64,000 nucleotides of DNA, taken from assembly GCA_018623495.1 (NCBI GenBank), contig JAAZVP010000005.1, positions 1,218-65,217 on the forward strand. Reading direction: 5' to 3'. Source of the stretch: Halothiobacillus sp. (GTDB lineage Bacteria; Pseudomonadota; Gammaproteobacteria; JAAZVP01). Both the position numbers and the translations under genes were made by a program. Of this stretch, positions 41,584-51,727 are shown one piece after another; the first letter of the stretch is position 1, and each line of letters starts with the position of its first letter. The notes under the pieces are model-generated. The model did no database searches. It saw nothing but the letters and a program-made list of their open reading frames with translations, and was not told the DNA's origin.

Positions 41584-42054
41584 TCACTCGCTGATCACCT
41601 GTTCCAACCACTCGGTGGTGACCGCGCCCACCTGCCGGCGGACGATCTCGCCCTCCGGCGACACCACCACCGTGGTGGGCAGACCGCGGATGCGCCCGAA
41701 CGGCGTGGAACCGCGCGGGGAAACGGGGAACACCGGGTAGCTGATGAACTGGTCGTCGACGAAGCGCCGCAGCTCCTCCTCGCCGATCCGCTCGGGGTTC
41801 ACCCCCCAGACCACCGCGTCCTCGTCCTTGTGCGCGTCGTGGAACATCACCAGCTCGGGGATCTCCTCGAGGCACGGCGGGCACCAGGTGGCCCAGAAGT
41901 TGACGATCACCCACTTGCCCTCGTGGTCGGCGATCCGGTGGGTCTCGCCGTCGAGATCGGTGAGCGCGACGTCGGAGACCTCGCCGGCCTGCACCATCGT
42001 CGCCAACGCCAGGCCCAGCAGGGCCGCCAGCCATCGAACACCATGGAAATTCAT
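41584..42054 (-). CDS. TlpA-family thiol:disulfide oxidoreductase
   Basis: A signal peptide is followed by VNFWATWCPPCLEEIPEL. Confidence 0.8.
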   Translation of the reverse strand: MNFHGVRWLAALLGLALATMVQAGEVSDVALTDLDGETHRIADHEGKWVIVNFWATWCPPCLEEIPELVMFHDAHKDEDAVVWGVNPERIGEEELRRFVDDQFISYPVFPVSPRGSTPFGRIRGLPTTVVVSPEGEIVRRQVGAVTTEWLEQVISE

Positions 42055-42572
42055 CAGTGACTGTCTCCCTTGTGTGACAGGTAGAGCGCCAGGCCCAGCA
42101 GGGCGATGCCGCCCGCGAACTGCAACAGGTCCATGGGCGTCTTGAAGGACATGTTGAGCGCGTACTCGAAGAACTTGACGATCAGGATCATCAGCACGAC
42201 CTTGGCCAGCCGGCCCTTGAGGTCGTCGAGGCTGGTGATCATCAGCACGTTGCTCGCCGCGGTATGCCCCTTGGCCTGGTCGATCTCCTTGATGAACAGC
42301 TCGTAGAGACCGAAGGCGAAGATCAGCAGCACCGTGGCCAGCAGGTAGCCGTCCACCACTTCGACCACGTGGGTGATGGTACTGTTCCGCAACTCGAGGC
42401 GCGCCGCGGTCTCCAGTTCCGGCGAGGCGTAGTGGACCAGGTGGGTGAGCATGTAGAAGGCATCCACCGTGGCCACGAAGAACATCGCCAGGCCGGCGAC
42501 CAGGCTGGTCACCACGGCCACCAGCACCACCAGGCGGCTCTCCCAGAGCACGTATTCGAAAAACCGCTGCAT
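42054..42572 (-). CDS. YqhA/UPF0114-family inner membrane protein
   Basis: 172 aa with hydrophobic helices and an N-terminus resembling YqhA. Confidence 0.65.
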   Translation of the reverse strand: MQRFFEYVLWESRLVVLVAVVTSLVAGLAMFFVATVDAFYMLTHLVHYASPELETAARLELRNSTITHVVEVVDGYLLATVLLIFAFGLYELFIKEIDQAKGHTAASNVLMITSLDDLKGRLAKVVLMILIVKFFEYALNMSFKTPMDLLQFAGGIALLGLALYLSHKGDSH

Positions 42573-42671
42573 CGGATTCCGGGTCCTCGGGTATGGATGG
42601 GCGCCGGGGCCTCCCCGGGCACAAAAAAGGGGCCGGACGGCCCCTTTCTCGGTCTGCCGGGATGGCCCGGC

Positions 42672-43457
42672 TTACTGGCGCAGGTAGGCCTTGTCGGAGG
42701 CCTCGACGTTGCCCAGCGACCAGGCACCGCGGGTCTTGGCGTGCTCGACGGCGGATTCCACCGCGGCCGCACCGGGGTTGGTCTCGATGTCGAGCGACTG
42801 CCCCGGGTAGATCAGGTCGGCGTCCTCGATCCGGTCGCTGTTGTTCTTGTAGATCAGCGGCCACTGGTAGGGGTTGCCGTAGATCTCGTCCTTGCCGGAG
42901 ATGCCCCACAGGCTGTCGCCGCGGACCACCTCGTAGACCATGGACGCGTCCTGGAGGGCGGCCAGCTCGGCGGCCAGCTCCTGGGCATATTCGTTGGCCG
43001 CGGCACCGTCGCCGGACTTGATCAGCTCCAACAGCTCGTTCAGCCGGGCCTTCTGCTCGGCATCGAGGCCCTGGATGTCCTTGAGCTCGAGATAGGTCAG
43101 GCGAGCGTCTTCCAGCTTCTTCTGGTTGATGGCGTCCGCCGCCTGTTCCCGGGCCTTGCGGGCCAGCTCCTGCGCCTTGGCGTATTCCTTCTCGCCCAGT
43201 GCCATCTCGGCCTGCTTGATGATGTCGCCCGTGGTGGTCCACTCGTAACCCATGGATGCAGCGCGGTCGTTCATCGACTTGGCAACCGCGATGGCCCGCT
43301 CGGCGGCGGCCTTGCTCACGCCCGTCTGCTCGGCAGCGCCGTTGTCGACGGCCTCGGGACCCTTCTGGCCAGCCGTGCTGGCACAACCCGCGGCGATACC
43401 CAGCGCCAGCGCCGCGATGGTCAGGCTCTTGCCCGTTGCTTGGAAATTCATCTGCAC
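42672..43457 (-). CDS. LysM-domain lipoprotein
   Basis: The lipobox IAAGCAS is followed by a C-terminal LysM (YEVVRGDSLWGIS...IYPGQSL). Confidence 0.75.
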   Translation of the reverse strand: MQMNFQATGKSLTIAALALGIAAGCASTAGQKGPEAVDNGAAEQTGVSKAAAERAIAVAKSMNDRAASMGYEWTTTGDIIKQAEMALGEKEYAKAQELARKAREQAADAINQKKLEDARLTYLELKDIQGLDAEQKARLNELLELIKSGDGAAANEYAQELAAELAALQDASMVYEVVRGDSLWGISGKDEIYGNPYQWPLIYKNNSDRIEDADLIYPGQSLDIETNPGAAAVESAVEHAKTRGAWSLGNVEASDKAYLRQ

Positions 43458-43633
43458 CCTCCAGGATGATTATTCAGTCCCGCCGGCAACCCGGCGTTCG
43501 ATGACCGCTGACGTCCAGGGCCGAACCCTGCACGAAGGAATATAGCGAAAATTATCACCCCCTTCTGACAGGGGTCAACTCGGGGCCGTGAGCCCTATAC
43601 AATACTGCCCAGCCCGTTTTTACGAATGGATGA

Positions 43634-44625
<992 letters not shown>

Positions 44626-44636
<11 letters not shown>

Positions 44637-44964
44637 AACGATCCGGTCGGGCGCGGAGCTGGAGGCGCTGGGCCGGCACCAGCCGGGTGCCGTCCTGCTG
44701 GTCAGCTCGCCCAACTGCAGCGTCTGCACGCCGGTGCGGGCCAAGCTCGCCGAACTGGTGGCGACCCGCTTCCCCCGCCTGCAACTGGCCGAGCTCGACG
44801 CCGGCGAGCACCCCGAGCTGGCCGCCCAGCAGGGGATCTTCAGCTTTCCCACGGTCGTGGTCTACATGGGCGGCGGCGAGGTGCTGCGCCGCTCCCGCGC
44901 CTTCGGCATGGGCGAGATCACCGCCGCCATCGAGCGGCCCTACGCCATCCTCGCCGGCGACTGA
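44626..44964 (+). CDS. thioredoxin-like protein (CSVC active site)
   Basis: 112 aa with a CxxC motif in thioredoxin-fold context. Confidence 0.6.
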
Positions 44965-45051
44965 GCCCGCCGCCGGGTATGGAATTTCCCCCCGGGCGTC
45001 CCTATGATCACGGGAAACCGCCCACGAATCGGTAACGCGCCAAGGTCACCC

Positions 45052-45873
45052 ATGCTCAAGAAGTGTCTGTTTCCCGCCGCCGGCTACGGCACCCGGTTTC
45101 TGCCGGCCACCAAGGCGATGCCCAAGGAAATGCTTCCCATCGTCAACAAGCCCCTGATCCAGTACGGCGTGGAGGAGGCCCTGGAGGCCGGGATGGACCG
45201 CATCGCCATCGTCACCGGTCGCGGCAAGCGGGCCATCGAGGACCATTTCGACATCTCCTACGAGCTCGAGCACCAGATCCGGGGCACCGACAAGGAGGAA
45301 CGGCTGGCCGACATCCGCCGGCTGATCGACGAGTGCACCTTCTCCTACACCCGCCAGCTGGAGATGCGCGGGCTGGGCCACGCCATCCTCACCGGCGAGA
45401 CGCTGATCGGCCGCGAGCCCTTCGGCGTGCTGCTGGCCGACGACCTCTGCGAGGGCGAGGACCACGGCGTGCTCAAGCAGATGGCCCGGCTCTACGAGCA
45501 GTACCACTGCTCCATCGTGGCCGTGGAGGAGGTCCCCGAGACCGAGGTGCACAAGTACGGCGTGATCCGCGGCGACCGCCTCGAACCCGGCATCCACCGG
45601 GTGCGCGACATGGTGGAGAAACCCGCGCGCGAGCAGGCCCCCAGCAACCTCGCCATCATCGGCCGCTACATCCTCACCCCCGACATCTTCGACATCCTGC
45701 GCAAGACCCCGCCCGGCAAGGGGGACGAGGTGCAGATCACCGACGCGTTGCTGGAGCAGGCCAAGGCGGGCAACGTCATCGCCTACCAGTTCCGTGGCCA
45801 GCGCTTCGATTGCGGCAGCGTCGGCGGCTTCGTCGAGGCCACCCAGCACTTCCATGCCCAGATGGACGACTGA
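45052..45873 (+). CDS. galU: UTP--glucose-1-phosphate uridylyltransferase
   Basis: The start MLKKCLFPAAGYGTRFLPATKAMPKEMLP is the GalU signature. Confidence 0.9.
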   Translation: MLKKCLFPAAGYGTRFLPATKAMPKEMLPIVNKPLIQYGVEEALEAGMDRIAIVTGRGKRAIEDHFDISYELEHQIRGTDKEERLADIRRLIDECTFSYTRQLEMRGLGHAILTGETLIGREPFGVLLADDLCEGEDHGVLKQMARLYEQYHCSIVAVEEVPETEVHKYGVIRGDRLEPGIHRVRDMVEKPAREQAPSNLAIIGRYILTPDIFDILRKTPPGKGDEVQITDALLEQAKAGNVIAYQFRGQRFDCGSVGGFVEATQHFHAQMDD

Positions 45874-45986
45874 CCGCCGGGCGCATTCTTCCACGCGGTC
45901 AACGAGTTGACTCGCCCTGCCCGGGTGACACCGGCGGGGAGGGTGGGCTATGGTGGGCGGACATTCACGCAGGGCAGTATCCCGCA

Positions 45987-46466
45987 ATGCAAGTTGAAGA
46001 CAATTGTTGCGTCGCCATCGACTACACGGTGAAGGACGACGAAGGCACCGTGGTCGACACCTCCGAGGGCCGCGACCCGCTGGTCTATCTCCACGGCCAC
46101 AACAACATCGTCCCCGGCCTGGAGAAGGCCCTGGTGGGCAAGTCCGAGGGTGACGAGCTGGAAGTCAAGGTGGAGCCCGGCGAGGGCTATGGCGAGCGCG
46201 TCGAGGAACTGGTCCAGGACGTTCCCCGGGAGATGTTCCAGGGCGTCGACGACATCCAGCCCGGCATGCAGTTCCAGGCCCAGACTGCCAACGGCCCGCA
46301 GATCGTCACCGTCTCCGAGGTGGGCGACGAATCGGTCAAGGTCGACGGCAACCACCCCATGGCCGGCAAGACCCTGCACTTCGACGTCAAGGTCGCCAAC
46401 ATCCGCGAGGCCACCGAGGAAGAGATCGAGCACGGCCACGCCCACGAGATGGCCAGCAACGAATAG
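45987..46466 (+). CDS. slyD: FKBP-type peptidyl-prolyl cis-trans isomerase SlyD
   Basis: An FKBP/IF domain is followed by a His/Asp/Glu-rich metal-binding tail (EEEIEHGHAHEMASNE). Confidence 0.9.
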   Translation: MQVEDNCCVAIDYTVKDDEGTVVDTSEGRDPLVYLHGHNNIVPGLEKALVGKSEGDELEVKVEPGEGYGERVEELVQDVPREMFQGVDDIQPGMQFQAQTANGPQIVTVSEVGDESVKVDGNHPMAGKTLHFDVKVANIREATEEEIEHGHAHEMASNE

Positions 46467-46492
46467 GCTCGCTGTCATCGGCGATTCACGAA

Positions 46493-46522
46493 CCCGTGCC
46501 AGGATCGGCACGGGTTTTTTTA
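46493..46522 (+). terminator. rho-independent terminator of slyD
   Basis: The stem cccgtgcc-aggatc-ggcacggg is followed by TTTTTTTA. Confidence 0.75.
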
Positions 46523-46525
46523 TGT

Positions 46526-46757
46526 TTCTTCGCATGTTGCCGTGAAACAGGAGGCATACAAGCGACGTGACAGGGATTTCGCGCACCGTTTCGGGCCGAT
46601 GTTCTTCCTCTCCGTTTGTTGCCGGGTGCGCGAGGCCCTCTCTATATGCTTGCCCAGTGGAATCCCCCTTCGATCCGGGCACCCCGGCGCCTTGGCGAGA
46701 AGCATCGACCCCTGCTGCGTCCTGGTGAGGGGTGTCACGCGAAAGTGCGAAGAACGC
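46526..46757 (+). mobile_element. copy B of ~230-bp repeat element, flanked by perfect 8-bp direct repeat TTTTATGT (MITE-like insertion)
   Basis: The direct repeat ttttatgt sits at 46518..46525 and 46758..46765. The element has terminal inverted repeats (ttcttcgcat ... gtgcgaagaa) and is ~80% identical to the reverse complement of 25591..25818. It is inserted between the slyD terminator U-tract and the MFS start codon. Confidence 0.7.
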
Positions 46758-46761
46758 TTTT

Positions 46762-47991
46762 ATGTCCGAGAGCACCATGAGCGAAGCCACCGGACTGCGT
46801 GACTACTTCCTGGTCACGGGCAACTACTGGACCTTCACCGTCACCGACGGCGCCATCCGCATGCTGGTGGTGCTGTTCTTCCACCAGCTGGGCTACACCC
46901 CGCTGGAAATCGCCCTGCTGTTTCTCTTCTACGAGTTCTTCGGCGTGGTCACCAACATGGTGGGCGGCTGGCTGGGGGCGCGCATCGGCCTCAACCGCAC
47001 CATGCAGCTGGGCACCGGCCTGCAGATCGTCGCCCTGCTGCTGCTCACCGTGCCCGAGCCCTGGCTGTCGGTGGGCTACGTGATGTTCGCCCAGGCGCTC
47101 TCCGGGATCGCCAAGGACCTCAACAAGATGAGCGCCAAGAGCAGCGTCAAGGCGCTGGTGGCCGACGAGGACTCGCGGCTGTTCAAGTGGGTGGCCGTGC
47201 TCACCGGCTCCAAGAACGCGCTCAAGGGGGCCGGCTTCTTCGTCGGCGGGCTGCTGCTGGCGGTGGTGGGCTTTCGCTGGGCGCTGGTCATCCTGGCCGG
47301 TGCCCTGGCCGTCGCCCTGGTGGTCACCCTGCTCCTGCTGCCGACGGGGATGGGACGCTCGAAGGCCCGGCCACGGTTCAACCAGGTGTTTTCCAACACC
47401 CGCGAGATCAACTGGCTTTCCGCCGCCCGCTTCTTCCTGTTCGGTGCCCGCGACATCTGGTTCGTGGTCGCCCTGCCGGTCTTTCTCTACTCCCTGGGCT
47501 GGGACTTCTGGCAGGTGGGGGCCTTCCTCGCCCTCTGGGTGATCGGCTACGGCATCGTCCAGGCGGGCGCGCCGCGCTTTCTGAAAAACCCCCGCTCCCC
47601 GCGCGGGCCGGACGGGACCACCGCCCGCCTCTGGACCTTCGCCCTCGCCGCCATCCCCGCGGGCATCGCGCTGGGCATGATGGCGGGGCTGGATCCGGCG
47701 TGGGTGGTGGTCGCCGGGCTGGCGGTGTTCGGCGTGGTCTTCGCCATCAACTCCAGCGTCCACTCCTACCTGATCCTGGCCTACTCCGACCACGACAAGG
47801 TCGCCCTCAACGTGGGCTTCTACTACATGTCCAACGCCGGCGGTCGACTGGTGGGCACGGTGCTCTCGGGCTGGGTGTTCCAGGAATACGGCCTGGTGGG
47901 CTGCCTGTGGGGCTCGACGCTCTTCGTCCTCGCCGCGGGACTGCTTTCCCTCCCCCTGCCCGGGTCACGCCGGGCCGTGACACCGGCCTGA
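46762..47991 (+). CDS. MFS transporter (possible ArsJ-like organoarsenical efflux permease)
   Basis: 12-TM MFS protein. The ATG at 46762 lies inside the target-site duplication; the alternative ATG is at 46777. The ArsJ assignment rests on remembered family motifs (TDGAIRMLV, AKDLNKMSAKS), not on a search. Confidence 0.7.
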   Translation: MSESTMSEATGLRDYFLVTGNYWTFTVTDGAIRMLVVLFFHQLGYTPLEIALLFLFYEFFGVVTNMVGGWLGARIGLNRTMQLGTGLQIVALLLLTVPEPWLSVGYVMFAQALSGIAKDLNKMSAKSSVKALVADEDSRLFKWVAVLTGSKNALKGAGFFVGGLLLAVVGFRWALVILAGALAVALVVTLLLLPTGMGRSKARPRFNQVFSNTREINWLSAARFFLFGARDIWFVVALPVFLYSLGWDFWQVGAFLALWVIGYGIVQAGAPRFLKNPRSPRGPDGTTARLWTFALAAIPAGIALGMMAGLDPAWVVVAGLAVFGVVFAINSSVHSYLILAYSDHDKVALNVGFYYMSNAGGRLVGTVLSGWVFQEYGLVGCLWGSTLFVLAAGLLSLPLPGSRRAVTPA

Positions 47992-48107
47992 CCGGCGCGC
48001 CTCGCAAACCCGGCTGCATGGCCGGCCGCTCCCGCCTGGCCCCTTGGCGGCCCCGGCGCCTCCGGGCCGACCCGACCTTCGGCGAGGGGAAAGGCAGGAA
48101 AGCCCGT

Positions 48108-49067
48108 TCAGGCGGAGACCCGCAACAGGTGGACCCCGAACAGCCCGCGGGAGTCGGTCCAGAAGCCGTCCGGCTCGAAACCGGCCGCCCCGGCCAGCGA
48201 CTCGAACTCCGCGGGCGTGTACTTGTAGGAGTTCTCGGTGTGGATGGTCTCGCCGGGGGCGAACGCGAAGGCCCGGTGGCCCAGCCGGATGGCCTGCGGC
48301 GAGCGGGCCTCCAGGTGCATCTCCACCCGCCCGGCGTCGCGGTTGTAGAAGGCACGGTGGGCGAAACCCATCGTTTCGATCTCGGCGTCCAGTTCCCGCC
48401 GCATCCGCTCCAGCAGGTTGCGGTTGAAGGCCGCCGTGAGCCCGCGGGCGTCGTTGTAGGCGGCATCCAGGATGGCGGGATCCTTCTTGCGGTCCACGCC
48501 GATCAGCAGCCGGCCGCCCGTCCCCAGCTCGCCGGCGATCCGTGACAGCAGGGCCCGGGCCTCGACGGGCTCGAAGTTGCCGATGCTCGAACCGGGAAAG
48601 AAGGCCAGCCGGCCTTGCCCCCGGGCCTCGGGCAGGTGAAAGGGCCGGGTGAAGTCGGCGCACAGCGCGTGCACCTCCAGCCAGGGATGGTCCACGGCCA
48701 GCCGGCGGGTGGAATCGAGGAGGAAGTCGCCGGAGATGTCCAGCCCCGTGTAGCTGGCCGGTTGCAGGGCATCGAGCAGGATGCGGATCTTGCGGCTGGC
48801 CCCGCTGCCGAACTCCACCAGCCGGCAGTCGGTGCCGCAGTGCGCGGCGATCTCGCCGGCGTGGCGCTCGAGGATGGCGGTCTCGGTGCGGGTGGGATAG
48901 TACTCGGGCTGGCGGCAGATGGCGTCGAAGAGTTCCGACCCCCGCCGATCGTAGAAGAACTTGGGCGGGATGGCCCTGGGCTCGCGCGCCAGTCCCTCCT
49001 CGACGGCCTCGCCCAGCGAGGCGTCGGCCACCGCCACCGAGTGGACCTTCACTGCCGGTTCGCTCAT
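48108..49067 (-). CDS. egtD: L-histidine N-alpha-methyltransferase (ergothioneine biosynthesis)
   Basis: 319 aa with EgtD motifs (EFGSGASRKIR, HTENSYKY). Confidence 0.85.
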   Translation of the reverse strand: MSEPAVKVHSVAVADASLGEAVEEGLAREPRAIPPKFFYDRRGSELFDAICRQPEYYPTRTETAILERHAGEIAAHCGTDCRLVEFGSGASRKIRILLDALQPASYTGLDISGDFLLDSTRRLAVDHPWLEVHALCADFTRPFHLPEARGQGRLAFFPGSSIGNFEPVEARALLSRIAGELGTGGRLLIGVDRKKDPAILDAAYNDARGLTAAFNRNLLERMRRELDAEIETMGFAHRAFYNRDAGRVEMHLEARSPQAIRLGHRAFAFAPGETIHTENSYKYTPAEFESLAGAAGFEPDGFWTDSRGLFGVHLLRVSA

Positions 49068-50335
49068 CGGTCCTCCGCCAGCCGGATGCCGGCGAACTGC
49101 CAGCGCTCATGGGGGTAGAAGAAGTTGCGGTAGGTGGCCCGGATGTGGGACTCGGGGGTGGCGCAGGAACCGCCACGCAGCACCATCTGGCCGGACATGA
49201 ACTTGCCGTTGTACTCGCCGATGGCCCCCTCCGCCGGCCGGTAGCCCGGGTAGGCGGTGTAGGGGCTGGCGGTCCACTCCCAGACATCGCCGAAGAGCTG
49301 CACCAGCCCGTCGCCGGCGGCGACGGCCGGTTGCAGGTAGCGGCTCTCGACGAAGTTGCCCGCGACGGGGCGCGAGCCCGCGGCGTGCTCCCACTCGGCC
49401 TCGGTGGGCAGGCGTGCGCCGGCCCAGCTGGCGTAGGCATCCGCCTCGAAATGGCTCACGTGGCAGACCGGCGCACCGGGATCGAGCTCGCGCAGGCCCG
49501 CCAGCGTCATCTGGAACCAGCGCCCGTCGTGCTCCTCCCAGTAGAGCGGCGCCCGCCAGCCCTCCCGGCAGACGGCGGCCCAGCCGTCCGAGAGCCAGAA
49601 CTCGGGCCGCTGGTAGCCGCCGTCCCGCACGAACTCGAGGTACTCGGCATTGGTCACCGGCCGGCTGGCGAGGGCGAAGTCCTGGAGAAAGACCCGGTGG
49701 CGCGGGCCCTCGTTGTCGTAGGCGAACCCCTCGCCGGCGTGGCCGATCTCGACCACGCCCCCCTCGAACTCGCACCGGGTCATCGCCGGTGCCTCCCGCC
49801 TCGGCGGCGCCGGCAGCTGGCAGTAGGCGGGGCGCATGGGGTTCTGGCCGAAGATGTGCTTGATGTCGGTACAGAGCAGCTCCTGGTGCTGCTGCTCGTG
49901 GTTGAGGCCCAGCTCCACCCGCTCGGCCACGGCGGGCCAGTCGGCGTCGCGGCAATCGAGGATCAGCCATTCCATGGCCTGGTCGACGTGCAGGCGATAG
50001 TCGAAGATCTCGCGCACCGTCGGCCGCGCCAGCAACCCGCGGCGGGGCCGGGGATAGGGCGTGCCGTGGGTGACGTAATAGGAGTTGAACAGGTAGTCGA
50101 AATCGGGATGGAACGGCCGGTGGCCCGGCTGGAAGCGCCCCAGGAGGAAGGTCTCGTAGAACCAGGTGACGTGTGCCAGGTGCCACTTGGGCGGGCTCAC
50201 CGAGGGCATGGTCTGGATGACGTAGTCCTCCACCTCCAGCGGTCGGCAGAGGTTCTCGCTCGCCCTGCGCACGCGGCGATAGCGATCGAGCAGGGCCTCG
50301 CGGCCGCTCTCGGCCGCCTTCATCACGGGCTGCAT
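49064..50335 (-). CDS. egtB: ergothioneine biosynthesis sulfoxide synthase EgtB (DinB-like + FGE-sulfatase domains)
   Basis: 423 aa with an N-terminal DinB_2-like domain bearing iron-binding His residues and a C-terminal FGE-like domain (WEWT). It overlaps the egtD start by 4 nt. Confidence 0.85.
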   Translation of the reverse strand: MQPVMKAAESGREALLDRYRRVRRASENLCRPLEVEDYVIQTMPSVSPPKWHLAHVTWFYETFLLGRFQPGHRPFHPDFDYLFNSYYVTHGTPYPRPRRGLLARPTVREIFDYRLHVDQAMEWLILDCRDADWPAVAERVELGLNHEQQHQELLCTDIKHIFGQNPMRPAYCQLPAPPRREAPAMTRCEFEGGVVEIGHAGEGFAYDNEGPRHRVFLQDFALASRPVTNAEYLEFVRDGGYQRPEFWLSDGWAAVCREGWRAPLYWEEHDGRWFQMTLAGLRELDPGAPVCHVSHFEADAYASWAGARLPTEAEWEHAAGSRPVAGNFVESRYLQPAVAAGDGLVQLFGDVWEWTASPYTAYPGYRPAEGAIGEYNGKFMSGQMVLRGGSCATPESHIRATYRNFFYPHERWQFAGIRLAEDR

Positions 50336-50370
50336 CGGGGACTCCCGGTTCGGGCTCCTGCGAGTCTAGT

Positions 50371-51564
50371 TCACCCCGGCCCGCTCGCAACCAGCGATTC
50401 CACGGCCGCCACCAGGGCATCGATCTCGTCAGCGGTGTTGTAGTAATGGGGCGAGGCGCGCACCCGCGCACGGGCGATGTCCAGCCGGGAGGTGCCCGGT
50501 ACGGAGACCGAGCACTGGATGCCCCGCTCGCGCAGCCGGTCCACCACCACGCCCGCCGGCCAGTCCGCCACCCCGAAGGTGACGATGGCGCTCTGGCGCT
50601 CGCCGCGATCGAGGACGGTGATCCCCTCCACGGCGGCCAGCCCCGCCCGCAACCGTCCGGCCAGTTCCGCCAGGCGCTCGCGGATGGCCGCCGGCCCGAT
50701 GTCGCGGGCCAGCCGCACGGCCCGGCCCAGCCCCAGGCGCAGCGCCGGACCGTGCTCCCAGGATTCCAGCCGCCGGGCGTCGCCCCGCAGCCGGTATTCA
50801 CCGGCATCCAGCCACTCGGCGCTGCGCATGTCCGGCAAAGGCGGATCGAGCCGTTCGATGCATCCCTCGCGCACCCAGGCGAAACCCGTCCCCCGCGGAC
50901 CCCGGAGGAACTTGCGGCCGGTGGCGGTGAGGAAATCGCAGGCGACGGCCGCGGGCTCCACCGGCATCTGGCCCACCGACTGGCAGGCATCCAGCAGGTA
51001 GAGGCAGTCCCAGCGGCGGGTGATCTCGCCCACCGCCCCGGCGGGATTGACCAGGCCGTCGTGGGTCGGCACGTGGGTCAGCGACACCAGCCGGACCCGC
51101 CTCCCCATGGCCTTCGCCAGCGCCCCCAGCGAAACCTGGCCGGAACGGTCGTCGGGGATCGTCTCGATGGTCACGCCATGGGCCCGGTGCAGGCGAAGCA
51201 GGGCCAGGTAGTTGCTCACGTACTCGCTGCGCGAGACCAGCACCCGGTCGCCCGCGCGCCAGGGGAGCGCCTGGAGGATACCGCCCCAGGCCCGGCCGGC
51301 ACTCTCCGCCAGGGCGATTTCGCCGCGCGCGGCCCCGAGCAGTCCGGCGATCTCGTCGTAGACCGCCTCCAAGGCATCGTGCGCCGCCGCGGCGGTCTCG
51401 TAGCCGCCGCCCAGCATCTCGCGGTGCAGGTAATCCGTGACCGTCTCGACCACCGCCCGCGGCATCAGCGCCGCGCCGGCATTGTTGAGGTGGTTGACGC
51501 GCCCGCAACCCGGCGTCTCCGAGCGCAATCGGCGGACGGCCTCCTCGGTCAGCGACTCGTGCAT
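50371..51564 (-). CDS. class-V aminotransferase-fold PLP enzyme (EgtE-like C-S lyase / cysteine desulfurase family)
   Basis: Start MHESLTEEAVRR with a class V PLP fold and a putative Lys site in TATGRKFLRGPRG. It sits upstream of egtB-egtD. The track's N-terminal extension was rejected. Confidence 0.6.
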   Translation of the reverse strand: MHESLTEEAVRRLRSETPGCGRVNHLNNAGAALMPRAVVETVTDYLHREMLGGGYETAAAAHDALEAVYDEIAGLLGAARGEIALAESAGRAWGGILQALPWRAGDRVLVSRSEYVSNYLALLRLHRAHGVTIETIPDDRSGQVSLGALAKAMGRRVRLVSLTHVPTHDGLVNPAGAVGEITRRWDCLYLLDACQSVGQMPVEPAAVACDFLTATGRKFLRGPRGTGFAWVREGCIERLDPPLPDMRSAEWLDAGEYRLRGDARRLESWEHGPALRLGLGRAVRLARDIGPAAIRERLAELAGRLRAGLAAVEGITVLDRGERQSAIVTFGVADWPAGVVVDRLRERGIQCSVSVPGTSRLDIARARVRASPHYYNTADEIDALVAAVESLVASGPG

Positions 51565-51598
51565 GCCCACTCCCGATTCCGATATCCTTGCGTCATTG

Positions 51599-51613
51599 TC
51601 CACAGATTCTGTG
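51599..51613. promoter_or_regulatory. near-perfect palindrome CCACAGATTCTGTGG upstream of egtE-like operon
   Basis: 6-bp arms ccacag/ctgtgg with a 3-nt spacer, in the divergent intergenic region between the egtE-like gene and the UbiA gene. Confidence 0.3.
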
Positions 51614-51727
51614 GAAAAGTCTGTGAACGCACTGGGGTCATGGGCCGCGAAGCAGCGACGGGCGAGGCCCGTGCGCCAGATTGGCGACATTTTGACCATC
51701 ACCCGCAAGTGACTGATTCCCCGCCGG

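Noticed and set aside
46542-46802. 86-aa ORF (GTG start) running through repeat copy B into the MFS gene, and the analogous stretch of the 24685..25785 minus-strand ORF through copy A
   Set aside because: The two copies are ~80% identical at DNA level, but indels shift the frame between them, and copy A has a stop after 8 codons in the frame that is open in B. Apparent amino-acid similarity is just nucleotide conservation. It is not a conserved coding sequence.
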